Origin: Hemiscyllium ocellatum | Taxonomy: Eukaryota | Direction of reading: 5' to 3' | Assembly (NCBI RefSeq): GCF_020745735.1 | Contig: NW_026867442.1 | Span: forward strand, 297,040 to 361,039 | DNA length: 64,000 bases | Shown here: positions 35,700 to 48,900 of the stretch, piece after piece | Layout of the letters: every line of letters begins with the position of its first letter | How positions within the stretch are numbered: position 1 is the first letter of the stretch | Notes under the pieces: model-generated | Seen by the model: only the letters and a program-made list of their open reading frames with translations | What the model was told of the DNA's origin: nothing | Databases searched by the model: none | Program-made: the position numbers and the translations under genes

Positions 35700-38600
35700 G
35701 CAAATTGGATCCAAATATGAGGCAAAGAGTGATGGTGGAGGGTTGTCTTTGTGATTGGAAGCCTGTGACCACTGGTGTAAGGCAGGGACTGGGGCTGGGA
35801 ACCTTGCTGTTTGTAATGTACATTAACAAATTGACTGTGATTGTATAATTAGAAAGTTTTCACATAAATTGGTGGTGTTATTGATATTGATTTGATTTTT
35901 ATTTTAGTTTATTGTCATGTGTACTCGAGTACAAAAGTATTGGAGTACAGTGAAAAGTATGTAACGTCACCTCACAAGGTGCCATCTTAGGTACAAGGAC
36001 CTCAGTACAGAATCGTAAGAACAAGGTAGAAAGAAAGAATAAAGTTCAAAGTTACACGTTGCAGATCTTTTTAGTTTTCAGTAGAAAATGAAGAAATAAA
36101 CTTGAATGTTTAAGCATTAAAGCCTTTCTTTAGAACTTAGCTACCATTGGATCATACTTTAAGTCATCATCTCAAGACCGGAAGTCCACGCTGAGGCCTT
36201 CCCGGGTGGAGAGACCACCATATACAGAAAGGACCACTATGTGGGCTGAGAGACAACCACTCTGGGCAACTCAGAGATCGCCACACTAGGCCGAGTGACC
36301 ATCATGCTGGGCTGACAGTCTAGCATGCTGGGCTGAGAGGCCACCACATCGAACTGAGAGGCCATCATGTTGGACCAAGAGTCTGCCTCGTTGGGCTGGA
36401 AGGTATCCCCGCCAGGTCAGGACACTGCCACTCCAAGCCAACAGGCCACATCATTAGGTCTGCACTGGGTCAGAGGCCTGGTGACTGAGGCTGGGAGTCT
36501 GTGCCCGGGAGAAGAAATAAGGGAGAAGGACAAAAGAAAAACACAAAAGAAAAGGAAAAGAGAAGTGGTATAGAAAGAAGAAAAGGAAACAGACAGAGCA
36601 GACGAACTCGGGCTGAAGCATCCTACTCTGCTGCCATCTTGGATTACTGGGTCTCAGGCTACAGTCTGATATTGGTCAGCTGGTAAATTGGGCAGAGCAA
36701 TGGCAGATGTAATTTAATCCTGATCTCTCTGAGGTGATCCAACTTGGGAGGTCTAATAAGGGGAGGTTATACACAATGAAAGGCATGTGCCTTGAGTATC
36801 CTTATGCATGAATCACAGAGGGTTGGTCTACAGGTACAACAAGCAATTAGGAAGGCAAATGGAATTTTGTCCTTCATTGCTAAAGGGATTGAGTTTAAAA
36901 AGCGGGAAGGTTATGTTGCAGCTGTACAGGGTGTTGGTGAGGCCACACCTGGAGTACTGCGTGCAGTAATGGTCTCCTTACTTGAAAAAGGCTATACTGG
37001 CACTAGAGGGGTGCAGAGAAAGTTCACCAGGCTGATTCTGGGGTGGAGGGGGTTGGCTTATGAAGGGAAACTGCGTAGACTGGGATATATGCATTGGAAC
37101 TGAGAAGAATGAGGGGAACCTTATAGAAACAAATAAAATTATAAAGAGAATAGATAAGACAGAAGTAGGGAGGATGTTCCCATTGGCAGGTGAAACTAAA
37201 ACAAGATGGTTTCGCCTCAAAATTAGGGGGAGCAGATTTAGGACTGAATTGAGAAGGAACATCTTCATCCAGAGGGTCATAAATCTATGAAATTCCTTGC
37301 TCAATGAAGAAATTGATGCTCCTTCAGTAAATGTTTTAAAGCTAAGACAGATTTTTTTAACAACAAAGGAATTAAGAGATACAGTGAGAGCAAATGCCAG
37401 GTCTTGCACTTTAGAAAAAAATAATACAGGCATGGTCTATTTTCTAAACGTTGCGAAAATTCCTAAAGCCAAAATACAAAGGGATCTAGGAATGCTAGTC
37501 CTGGGTTCTCTAAAGATTCACTTGCAGGTTGAGTCTGTGGTTAAGAAAGCAAATGTAATGTTGTAATTTATCTCAAGGGGATTGGAATGTAAAATGAGAT
37601 GTGCTACTGAGACTTTATAAAGCTCTGGTTAGGCCCCATTTGAAGCACTGTGTCCAGTTTTAGGTCCCACACCTCAGAAAGAACATACTGGCACTGGACC
37701 GTGTCCAGTGGAGATTCACACGGATGAGCCCTGGAATGGTAAGCCTAATATATGATGAACGGCCGAGGATCCTGGGATTGTATTCATTCGAGTTTAGAAG
37801 GTTGAGGGAAGATCTAATAGAAACTTACAAGATAATGCATGGCTTTGAAAGGTTGGATGCTGGGAAATTGTTTCCGTTAGGTAGGGATACTAGCATCCGT
37901 GGGCACCTCCTTAGAGTTAGAGGGGGTCAGTTCAAAATGGAACTGAGGAGACATTTCTTCAGCTAGAGAGTGGAATTCATTGCCACAGAGCGCAGTGGTG
38001 GTGGAGATATTAAATGTCTTCAAGGCAGAGATTGATAAATTTTTAATCTTGCAATGAATTAAGGGCTACAGGGAGAGTGTGGGTAACTGTCCTTAAATGC
38101 CCATCACCCATGATTGAATGGCGGAGTGGAGTCGATGGGCCAAATGGTCTTACTTCCACTCCTATGTCATTAGGTCTGATGTGGAACTGAGTCCATGAAA
38201 AGATTAACCAAGGTCTTATTGAGTGGCAGAGCTGGGTTGAAGGGCCAGATGGCCTACTCCTGCTCCTAGTTCTTATGTTCGTTGGGAGTACTGAGGAATG
38301 AAGGGACCTTGGTGTACAAGTCCATCAATCCCAGAAGGCATCAACTCGACTGGGTGGTGAAGAAAGCATATGGGATGCTTGTCATCTTCAGCCAGGGTGT
38401 AGAATATAGAAAGGAAGAATTCTTGTTGTTACCTGACAGAGCATTGGTTAGGTCATGTCTGGAATACTGTGCACATTTCTGGTCATGAGACTATTGGAAG
38501 AACGTGATTGGGCTGGAGAGGATGCAGAGGAGATTAACCAGAATGTTCCCTGGGATGGAAAGTGTTAGTTCTGAGGAGAGACTGGATAGACTGTGTTTGT

Positions 38601-38990
38601 TTTGTCAGGGGGGAATCTGATTGAGATATACAAAAATATGAAAGGCATAGACAAAGTCAATTGTGAGAATCTTTTCCCCATGTCAGGCATGTCTATGACC
38701 AGAGGGAATAAGCTTACCCTGTGAAAAAGTGATTTAGAGGGGTTTTGAGAACTTTTTTCCCCAGAGGGTGGTAGAAATATGGAATGTGCTATTTGAGAAG
38801 GTGGTGGAGGCAGCTCCTCTCACAACATTTAAGAAACATCCAGACGAGCACATAAGATGCCAGGGCATGGAAGGCTATGGACCAAGTGCAGGTCAATGGA
38901 GTTTGGTGATTACTGATTGGCATCGACATGTCGACAAACAGAAGGGCCTGTTTGTTTGCTGTATGACTCTATGACAATGAAGAGATGGAT
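35700..38990 (+). mobile_element. Nested CR1 3' fragments
   Basis: Several LGLYSFEFRRLREDLIETYKI / RRNIFIQRVINL-type fragments and tails. Confidence 0.75.
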
Positions 38991-41920
38991 GTGGAAGCAT
39001 TTTTCATGTCATTAGTGAAGATAGCAACACAAGCGAGGTGGGAAAAACAGGTTGGACCTTGCCCGTGCAAAAATGAACTTGGGAAGCACAAGAGGTTTCT
39101 ACATCCCTGTCAGAGGAATGTTCTCGGGATAATGAGGAGGTGAAAACAGCTATTCTAAGCACATATGAGTTGGCCCCAGAAACATACAGACAGATGTTTC
39201 AGAACTTACACAAACAGCCTGGACAAACCTCTACTGAGTTTAAGAGAGTTCAACAAAATAACGCTGACAGGTGGATAAGAACATTAATAGCTGAGAATAC
39301 TCACAATGCTCACAGAGAAGTTATCCTTTGAGAAGAATTTAAAACTTCCTTCCCTTCTAGAATTAGAATTAATGTCGAAGACCAAAGGGGAACGACAGTA
39401 AGACAAGCAGCTAGAATGGCTAATGATGATAGACTTTGTTAAAACCAAAACCTTGCAGATGCTGGAATCCAAAGTAGACAAACAGGAGGCGGGAAGAGCA
39501 CAACAAGCCAAGCAGCATCAGGAGGTGGAGAAGTCACCTGATGGGAGACCGATCCAGAAACTCTTTTTCCCATCAGGCCCAGAAATGGGAGAAAAATAAA
39601 AATTGGGAGAGTATGAGGAAGGCAGGTAGCCAGGGCAGAAAATGGACAGGAGGGAACAGCCCAAGAACTTCTCCTCAGATTAAAAAGGAAATTGCTGAGG
39701 GTGGAAGTGATGATCAGAAGCTGAAATGTTTCTCTTGGAATAAGGTGGGCCATGTATGTTTGGAATGTTGAAAATTGTGAGATAAACCCATGGGATTTAT
39801 AGGAGTTAGTAAAAATGAGTCAGAGAAGGGAACATAAACTGACAATCCCACAGAGCAGGTTGTAGCTGTCACTATAACAAAAAGGCCGGAGGTGAATTCT
39901 GTCATAAGTAAAGGAGGTTGTCAGGTAGATGAGAGGTGGACAGGACTTTTATCAAAAGGAATGGTGACTCCTTTTTCTTCAGCTAAACCCAGAATCAAAC
40001 TGAGAGATACAGGAGCAACACAGTCACTTTTACTGGAGAAAGAATTGATTATCCCTCCAGAGAGCTCGATGTGAGCTAATGTATTAATCAATGGGATTGG
40101 TGGAGAATATATTCCACTTCCATTGTGTACAGTACAACTGGAATGTGATTTGTTATCAGGAGAAGTAATTGTCGGTTTGGGAAAACATTCCCTGTTGAGG
40201 GAGTCGATTTCCTTCTGGGGAATGGTTTGTCAGGACTAAAGGCAGTATCTTCCCCGATAATTACAGAATGTCCAAAGGAGGGCCAAGAAACAGAACAATG
40301 ACAGGAACAGGTTCCTGGTCTCTCTCCTTCGTGTGAGGTAACCAGGGCAATGGTTAAACAAAATCCATCAATAAGGGTTGATGTGACATCACAACAAGTG
40401 AAAGGATCGGTGAAGATAATCCAGGTGGAGTGGTTGGTATGATGTCACTAATTACAGCAGATCCAAAACACTCAGGTCGAGGCTGAAGGAGTTTCAGAGT
40501 GTTATTGTGTTCAGAATGGAGCGCTGATGAGGACGTGGAGACCCCCTCATAGACCCCCAGATGAAGAATGGTCAGTTAGTGGTCCCACCCAGCTATCATA
40601 GGGAGATAGTACAAGGGGCACATGAGACTCCCATGGCAGGTCACATGGGGATTTGGAAAACACAGGCATCCAGAAACAGGTATTTTACTGAGCCACAATT
40701 GGATAAAGATGTGGTGCAGTTTTATAAAACGTATCTTACTTGTCAAGTTATAGGTAAACCTCAATGCAAAACCAGCATCCTTAATTCCGCTCCCAGTTTT
40801 TGAGGAACCATCCCGTCATGTACAGGTTTGTCAAGTAGTGAGTATAATAGAGGAGGGGATCAGAAAAAGCTTGAGATCAAATAAGACCTGGACACTTCCC
40901 AAAGGAATCTTCCTGTTATTAGATGAACAAATGCAGAGATATTTGAGACTTCAGACACTGTATTTTAGTATCTGGAGAAAGATCAACAGGTAGATTTAGT
41001 GAGGCTGCTCAGACAATACAAAGATGTTTGTATGAGGAGTCGTTGAGGACTTTGGTTCTGTGCTTGATGGAGTTTAGAAAGATGAGAGGGAATGTCATTG
41101 AAACTTACAGAATACAGGGTGGCCTGGATAGAGTGGACATGGAGGAGATGTTTCTAATGATGGGAGATTTGGAGATCCGAGGGCACAGCCTCAGAGTGAA
41201 GAGACGATCTTTCAAACTGAGTTGAGAAGGAATTTCTTCAGCCAGAGTGTCATTAATCTGTGGAACTGCAGAGGGCCTAGGAGGCCAATTCATTGAGTGT
41301 ATTTAAGAAAGAGATGGTTTGGCTCTTGATTAGTCAAGGGATCAAGATTTACAGGGAAAAGGGAAGAGATTGGGGCTGAGAAACATTATCAACTGTAAAT
41401 GACCAGACATGATGGGCCAAATGGCCCAATTCTGCTCCTTTATCTTGTGGACTTGTATTGATACACTTAGATCTATCACATGAAACAAATATAACATGAA
41501 TTTGGTAATTCAGACAAAATAAAACAAAAACCAACCGAAACCGGCAATGGAACAGAGGGCTTCCATGTTGGAGAATCAGCTGATTGAACCATATCAGAGT
41601 AATTGGAGTTCTCCTGTAGTATTGGCTCCTGAACCAAACTGTTCAATTTAATTCTGTGTAGACTCGAGGAATGTGAGTCTCGTCACAAAACCAGATTCAT
41701 TCCCTATTCCCAGCTGAGAAGGTTGTATAGAGAGGGTTTGTTGTATATCATTCTTGTATAAAATTGATTTGTTAAAAGGATGTTGACAAGAACTCACTGA
41801 TAACTAGAACTAAGCGAGTTTCTGTATTTATCACACCTAATGGATTATACCCAATGGCAAGTTTTGCTCTGTGGACTTAACAACTCTCCAGTCACATTTG
41901 AATGATTATTGTGAAAGTGA
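38990..41920 (+). mobile_element. Gypsy LTR-retrotransposon remnant, Gmr1-like order (gag, PR, IN, RT)
   Basis: gag (VKTAILSTYELAPETYRQMF), knuckle-like CFSWNKVGHVCLEC, protease LRDTGATQSLL, integrase Zn-binding region (LVVPPSYHREIVQGAHETPMAGHMG...TCQVIGKP, ~40560-40790), then RT IEPYQSNWSSPVVL...FCVD...KPDSFPIP (~41565-41900). Confidence 0.8.
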
Positions 41921-43269
41921 ACAAGGTCACACTCCCCCACATTACACTCCATCTGCCCAATATTTCTTCAAAGCCCAGCTGTATCTAATATTCAGCAGGA
42001 TGGACCTTCACTGAGAAATAACCATTTGTAACTAGAATAATGATATCTCTGAGAATCACATTAATAATTATTTTTATTGAAGCTTTCATTAGTTCTGTGT
42101 TGATTGACACAATGCTCTGGTTTGGGCTTTGCTGTCTGTACAAACCATCTGTAATGTCTTTGCTGCAATGGTTCACATTTCCATCATCAAACTCACACTC
42201 CAAATATCCCGTCATTATTCTCCATGGGATTCACTGGAATTGGCTCAGATCGAACTCCCAGCAGCTGAAATGGAGGGAGCGATACGGCTTAGAGAGCAAG
42301 AGATGGAGCACAGGGGAAGAGATAGAGAGAGAGAGAGAGAGAGAACTAAATGAGAGGGGGATAGAGCTTGGACAGAGAAAGAGGGATGGAACTCAGAGTG
42401 AGATCTATGCAGCTGAGTGAGAGAGGGGTGGGGAGAGAGAGTGAGAAAGTGAGATGGAGTCAAGGAGTTCTATGTAAAAGATAAATTATATTCAGTTAAA
42501 TATTGCACTAGATGAATTCTGACTCTCTTACTCTGTGAACTCTACCCACAAAGCTGTCTAACTTTGTGTCATTAGCAAACTAGAGTATCTGACTTTCTAT
42601 GCCATTATCCAATGCATTAATAAATAATGTAAATAATTGAGGTGTGCACACACATTCCTATTGGACACCACTGGTCACATCCTGCCAATTTCAGCACTTA
42701 TCCATGATCCCTATTTTCTGTCACCTGTCACTCAACCAATTTCGGTATGGCAGTATTTTAGCCTCAATTCTGTGGATTTCTAACTGAGTTGACAGTTTCT
42801 TACATGGGATTTTATCAAATGCCTTCTGGAAGTCCCCATAAACAACATCCATTGACATTACTGTGTCCAGTAATTTTGTTTCCTCTTAAAAAATGTTCAA
42901 TGAGATTTTTCACCATGACCAACTTGTCATGAATTCATGCTGATTCTCCCTGATTAACTGACCATTTTCAAGGTCATCAGTTACCCCCATCCTTGATTAT
43001 AGACTCCAACAATTTCCACACCACAAACGTTGGCTTAGTGACCCGTAATTCCCTGGCTTTTCTCTAACATCCTTGTTAAATGTGAAATGAAATTTGCAAT
43101 TTTCCAATTCAGAGGTACGACTCCTGAATCCAGGTAACTCTGAAAGATTATAGTCAGGGTGTCTGCAATGTGGTCTATTATTACTTTATCACCCTCAGGT
43201 CCTGAGGATTTGTCACTCTTTAGTTCCATTATTCTCCTTATTACACATGCTATATTGACATTAACTTTA

Positions 43270-43545
43270 TTCAGGTGTCACAGTAGTTAGCACTGCTGCC
43301 TCACAGCACCAGAGTCCCAGGTTCAATTCCAGCCTTGGGCAATTGCCTGTGTGGAGTTTGCACATTGTCTGCATGGGTTTCCTCCTACTATCCAAAGATG
43401 TGCAGGTCAGGTGAATTGGCCATACTAAATTGCCCATAATGTTAATTGCATTAGTCAGAGGGAAAATGGGTCTGGGTGGGTTACTCTTCGGAGGGTCAGT
43501 GTGGACTGGTTGGGCCAAAAGGCATGTTTGCACACTGCAGGGAAT
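43270..43545. mobile_element. HE1-type SINE
   Basis: cacagtagttagcactgctgcctcacagcacc...ggttcaattcc...ccaaagatgtgcaggtcaggtgaattggcc (plus-strand reading). Confidence 0.75.
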
Positions 43546-43899
43546 TTTATCAGTCCCTGACACAGATCCTCTGTTAATTCCTTTTGGACTTCAGGCAAGT
43601 CCTCTTCCTTTTCTACTGCAAATCTTGAGGTAAAGTATTTATTTAACATGTCTGTCATTTCCCCATTGTCACTGACAATATCCCTCACTTTCAGTCTTTC
43701 ATGGCCAATATTGCTCCTGACCTCCCAGCTTCCCTTTTATGGAACTGTAACATTTCTCCTGATTGATTTTGTTATCCCTTACATGTTTCCTTTCAGAATC
43801 CCTTTTGGTAGCTCTTAGAAGCTGATATGTGGCCCTTTTGTATTCTTCCCATTCAGCGGAATTTGTCCTTATTTTTTGCTTTTCTGTCAGCCTTTTTCA

Positions 43900-45910
43900 A
43901 ACATTTTATTCTTTCCCTTATCTCTTTAATTGACCATTGTTGTTTGTTCGCTTTTCCCTCTCAGGTATAAAGTGACTTTGTTTTGTGTTGAATGTTCCTT
44001 TAAATATTCCCCACTGTTCTTCAGTTGTTTTACCCATGAGCAGATTTTCCCAGTTTACTGTGGACAGTCTCTGTCGCATCTCGTTAAAGTCGACCCTTAC
44101 CTTAATCTCAAATTCTAGCAGCTGATTCATGCTTTTTACTTTCAAATGCGACACTGAACTAGATCATGTTATGATCACTATTTGATAAATGTTCATGCAC
44201 AAATAGTTACGAACTAAATCTGGCTCATTATTCATTACTAATTCCAATATTGCTTGTCCCCTTGTTGTATCCAGGACCTATTGCTGTTGGAAACTATTCT
44301 GGACACACAGCAGCAATTCACTACCTTTCTGACAGAGGGCTTGTCTGTCTCCCAATCTAAGTTAAAGTTAAACTTCCCCATTAATAATACACTGGCTTTG
44401 CTACACACTTGTCTAGTTCCTCCATTTATATAATCCAGCACCTCAGAGCTGCTGTCAGGGGGGTCTGTATCCAACATCTACCACAGTTTTAGATCCTTTC
44501 CTGCTCCTCAGTCCCACTGAATGTTTTCTCCTCATTATGACCTCCCTCACCATTGAAGCCATTTTTTCCCTCATCAATGAAGCTGCTCCACCTCTTCTGC
44601 CATTTCCCTATATCCATCCTGTGAACCTTCTAACCCGATAGATATCGTTCCCAATCTGAATGATTCTGCAACTATGGCTCAGTAATTGATCCGATACCAC
44701 AATCTTAAATTTGAATTTGTGCCTGCAGATTATTGTATTTATTCCTTACGCTCCGTGCATTCGTATATAGAACTCGTATTTGGTCCATTCACTGGACTCT
44801 GTTCCTCAGCACTGATGCTGTATTCACCTCTTTCTTATTTCTCTCCATCTGTCTAATCAATATCCTTCTGATAGCTTTCCAGATATTGCCCAAATAGGAC
44901 CTTTTGCCGATTTTTGTTGATGTTGTTGGTCCCAACACATACAACAACAACTGGATCCTCAACACCATGTCCTCCCCCAGCCCCCCCACCCCCCACGCCC
45001 CCCCAAGTCTGTTATACTTAAAAGCCGGCTCGAGATGCCCTTACCTTGAAACCAGGCAGGCAACACACCATGTGGGGCTCTCAATCCTGCTCACAAAGGA
45101 TGCTATCAGTTCCCCTCATTATCAAGACCTCTCTTTTCTTGTCCTCCCCCAGTCTGAGTGGCCTCCTGGACCATGGTGCAGTGGTTTCCTTCGTTCATTC
45201 ATAGGAAATGGACATCTCTGGCCAAGCCAGCAATGACTGCTCTTGGGAGTCTTTGAATTATAGAATCCATACAGTGTGAAACAGGCCATTCAGACCAATG
45301 AGTCCACACCAACATTCTGAAGAGCATCCCACCCAGACTTGTCTCCCTACCTTATCCCTGTAAATCTGCATCTCCCATGGCTAATGCACCTAACCTACGC
45401 ATCCCTACATTTTCCCCAGTTTAGGCATTATAATTTCTGCTCTATCTTTATCTTTTTATATAATGACTTTGAAACTTACAGAGTTATGGTCACTATCACC
45501 AAAATCCTCAAACGACATTTGCCCATTCTCCCGACAATCCTTTTCCTCATTGACACAGGGAGCAAGTACCTCATTCCTGTTGGACAAGGAGCTGAGGCAC
45601 CTGTAAGGCTAAATCCAGGCTGCATCGACCTGTTCACTTTTGGTCACACCCTCCTGTCCCTGACCACTGGCCATAATTTGAAGTATTTAACCTACAAGGT
45701 GTGACTGTCTCCCCAAACACAGTGTCCAGGTAACTCTCCCCCTCCCTGATGTGTCGCAGTGTTTGAAGCTCAGATTCCAGCTCATCAACTCTGAGCTGGA
45801 GTGCCTTGAGCAACCAACACTTGCTGTAGATGTGGTCACTCTGAGCTACAATGGGCTCCACCAGCTTCCCCATCGTACAATTACTACACATCGCCCGGCC
45901 CTGTATGTGG
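43900..45910 (-). mobile_element. Decayed CR1-like LINE pieces (ORF2 5' part, ORF1)
   Basis: DFNEMRQRLSTVNWENLL and CSKCWLLKALQLRVDELESELQTLRHIREGESYLDTVF. Confidence 0.65.
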
Positions 45911-48900
45911 AAATTATTTGAGGAGTTTTTAATTTATATTTTAAAATTTGCTGCTGGTCTTTAGTTTTTAATCTGTAAAATATTTCCGTCCAGGAGACAG
46001 AGAAGGTGCCAGCACAGGAGGAGGCTGTTCAGCCCCTCGTGTCAGTGCTAGCTGTTTACAAGCCTCAATGACAATGAACATCTCCATTGAATGTCTGTTG
46101 TCAGGAAGTGATTGAGTCTGTTTTTAGAGACAGAATAACGGACAAATATGAACTGGTCCAAGAGAGTCAGCATGGATTGACAAAGGTTCAGACATCTTTA
46201 ACTAACCGGGTTACACTTTGTTAGGAGCTCACTAGTGTGGGATATAAGGGAATGTGGATGTCTATTGTCTGTAGGGAATTCCAAAAGACATTTAAGAATG
46301 TTCCACAAAAGAAACATTGATTCAGATCTTACACTCCACAACCATCTGATGAAGGAGCAGCGCTCCAAACGCTAATGCTTCCAAACAAACCTGTTGCATT
46401 AGAACCTGGTGTTCTGTGATTTTTAACATTTACACGACAGTCCAACATCGGCATCTCCTGAATCATGGAATTGGATTGAATTTGAGAAATGCATTTGCCT
46501 TGGGTCAGGAATGGGTCTGTCTAGGAGACAGAGAGGAAGGATAATGTGCATGTGTTCCAATGACCAAGTGTGAGGAGTGGTATTCCCAGGGATCTGTGCT
46601 GGGACCTCAGCTTTTCACGATATTTCTCAATGACTTGGATGAAGAAACAGAGAGCCATATATCCAAGATTATTGATCACACTGAGTGAGGCAGCTTGGAG
46701 GAGGTCACAGAGATAGGGAGGGTGGAAGAACAGGGAGCAGATTGAGAACAAGGATGAGAATTTGAAAATCGAGGTGTTGCTGGATCAGGAGCTTATGTCA
46801 GTCAATGAGGATTGTGGTGGTTATGGTGGGGTGGGGAGGCGTGGGCAGGGGTATGGGGTGGACTTGGTGTGAGTTTGAACACAGACAGCAGAGTTTGGGA
46901 TGAGCTGATGTTTAAGGAAGCCAGTGGCTGTGATGTGGGCCTGGACAACATTGGAATGGTCACAAAAACATGGTTGAGATTTTCAGTGGCTGATAATTGT
47001 GATGTGGAGGATTTGGGCCTCAAATCAGCCCCAAAGATGAGGCCAAAGTTGTGAAGAGTCTGGTTGAGCAGCAGATAGTACTCAGGGAGAGGGATGGAGC
47101 TTGTATCAGGAGCTGAAGAGGATGGCTTTGATTCTGCCAATGTGTTTCCCAGTGAGCCTGGCTCCTCAGTCCTGACTGCTCTTAGCTGCTGTGATTGTCA
47201 CTGATTGGACACTTATTATTAGAGATTCTGACCACAGCAGAAAGCCCCAGTGTAAAAAATAACTGCAAAGACTGTCAGAGCACAAGGTTGAAACTTCACC
47301 AAGAGAGGAAGTGAAATAAGGAGCTCGGAGCAGCTGGGTGTTTGTTACTGAGACGGGAGAAAACTGTAAACTGTCTGCACTCCCTGGAATCTGACAGCAC
47401 AGGAGGAGGCCATTCAGCCCATCATGCCTTTGAATGACCCAGTGAATCCCACTGCTCCCCTCTCTCTCCCCATAACCCAGCAAATCTTTCCTTTACAGCT
47501 CAATCTCCAATTCTCTCTTATAGACCTCATGTCCACAGAGTGAGACTGCCCTGAACCTGGGCTTCAAATTGGCATCTCATTCATTCATTGGGAGACAAAC
47601 TGCCTGGGCTGGGAAATGGAGTTCAGGATCCTGAACATTCCCTCTCCCCTCCTGAGGGACACTTCATTTGGTTTTGCATATTCACTTGTGGGAAGTGGGC
47701 TTCACCGGCTGGGCCAACATTTTTTACCCTGTCCCTAGTTGCCCTGGAGAAGGCGGTGGGAACCTGACTTTTTGACTATAGTCCACAAGACGTAAGTTGA
47801 CCCACAATGCTGTTGGGGAGAGAATGCCAGCATTTTAACCCAGCAAGGCTGAGGGATCAGCGACATATTTCCAAGTCCGGATGCTAAGCTTTTTTGAGGG
47901 GAACTTGCAGCTCACAGTGTTCCCATGTATCTGCTGCTCTTGTTCTAAATGGAAGTGAACGTGGGTTTGGAGGGAAACCAAAAGAACTGCAGATGCTGTA
48001 AATCTGAGACAAAAATAGAAAGTGCTGGAAAAGCTCAGCAGGTCTGGCAGCATCTGTGAAGAGAAATCAGAGTTAATATTTCATGCTCAACCCGAAATGT
48101 TAATTCTGATTTCTCTCCAAGATGCTGCCAGACCTGCTGAGCTTTTCCTGCAATTTCTATTTTTGTCCATGGGTTTGGAAGGTGCTATCTGAAGATCGGT
48201 GATGAATTTCTGCAGTGCATCTTTTCGATAATACACACTGCTGCTATGGAGCGTCAGTGACGGTGAGTTTGGATGCTTTGAGAATGCGATGCCAATCAAG
48301 GAGTTTGCTTTGCTCTGGATGGTATCAAGCTTTTTGAGTGGATAAGAAAGACATAGGATACAATAGACATAGATAGGAAAGGTTTCAAGGGATATGTGTG
48401 AAATGCAGGCAAATAAGATGAGTTCACTTCAGAAAACCTGGTCAGCATGTAGAAGTTTGGCTTAAGGGTTTGTTTCTGTGCTGTATGACTCTGTGAATGT
48501 TGTTGGAGCTGCACCTGTCCAGGCAAGTGGGGAGTATTTGCTCACACTCCTGACTTGGTTGACAGGCTTTGGGGGATCAGGAGTTGAATTACTGGATGCA
48601 GTATTCCTAGCCTCTAACTTGCTCTTGTAACCACTGTGTTTCTTTGGTGAATCCAGTTGTGTTTCTGGTCAATGGCACCTCAAGAATGTTGATCGTGGGG
48701 ATTCAGTGATGGTAATAGCATTGATTGTCAAGGGGCGATGTTAAGTTTGTCTCTTATTGGTGATGGTGATTGGCTGGCATTTGCATGGCACCAATGGGAA
48801 ATGTCACTTCTCAGACAAAACCTGGATATTGTCCAGATATTGTTGCATTTGCACGTGGACTGCTTCAGTATCTGAGGAGTTGAGAAGAGTGCTGAGCATT

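Noticed and set aside
42040-42420. Hydrophobic 126-aa ORF as a membrane-protein gene
   Set aside because: Low-complexity AT-rich start and (GA)n end. The ELAQIEL...LREQEME part may be a Gypsy gag fragment; no host-gene support.
3953-43545. tRNA genes
   Set aside because: The A/B-box sequences are SINE heads followed by SINE bodies; there is no complete cloverleaf.
4650-46380. Additional hammerhead-like strings at ~4652, 5385, 5905, 31456, 31875 and 46347
   Set aside because: Catalytic-core bases (C3, G5, G12 or the GAAA run) or stem II are mutated. Counted only as decayed family members.
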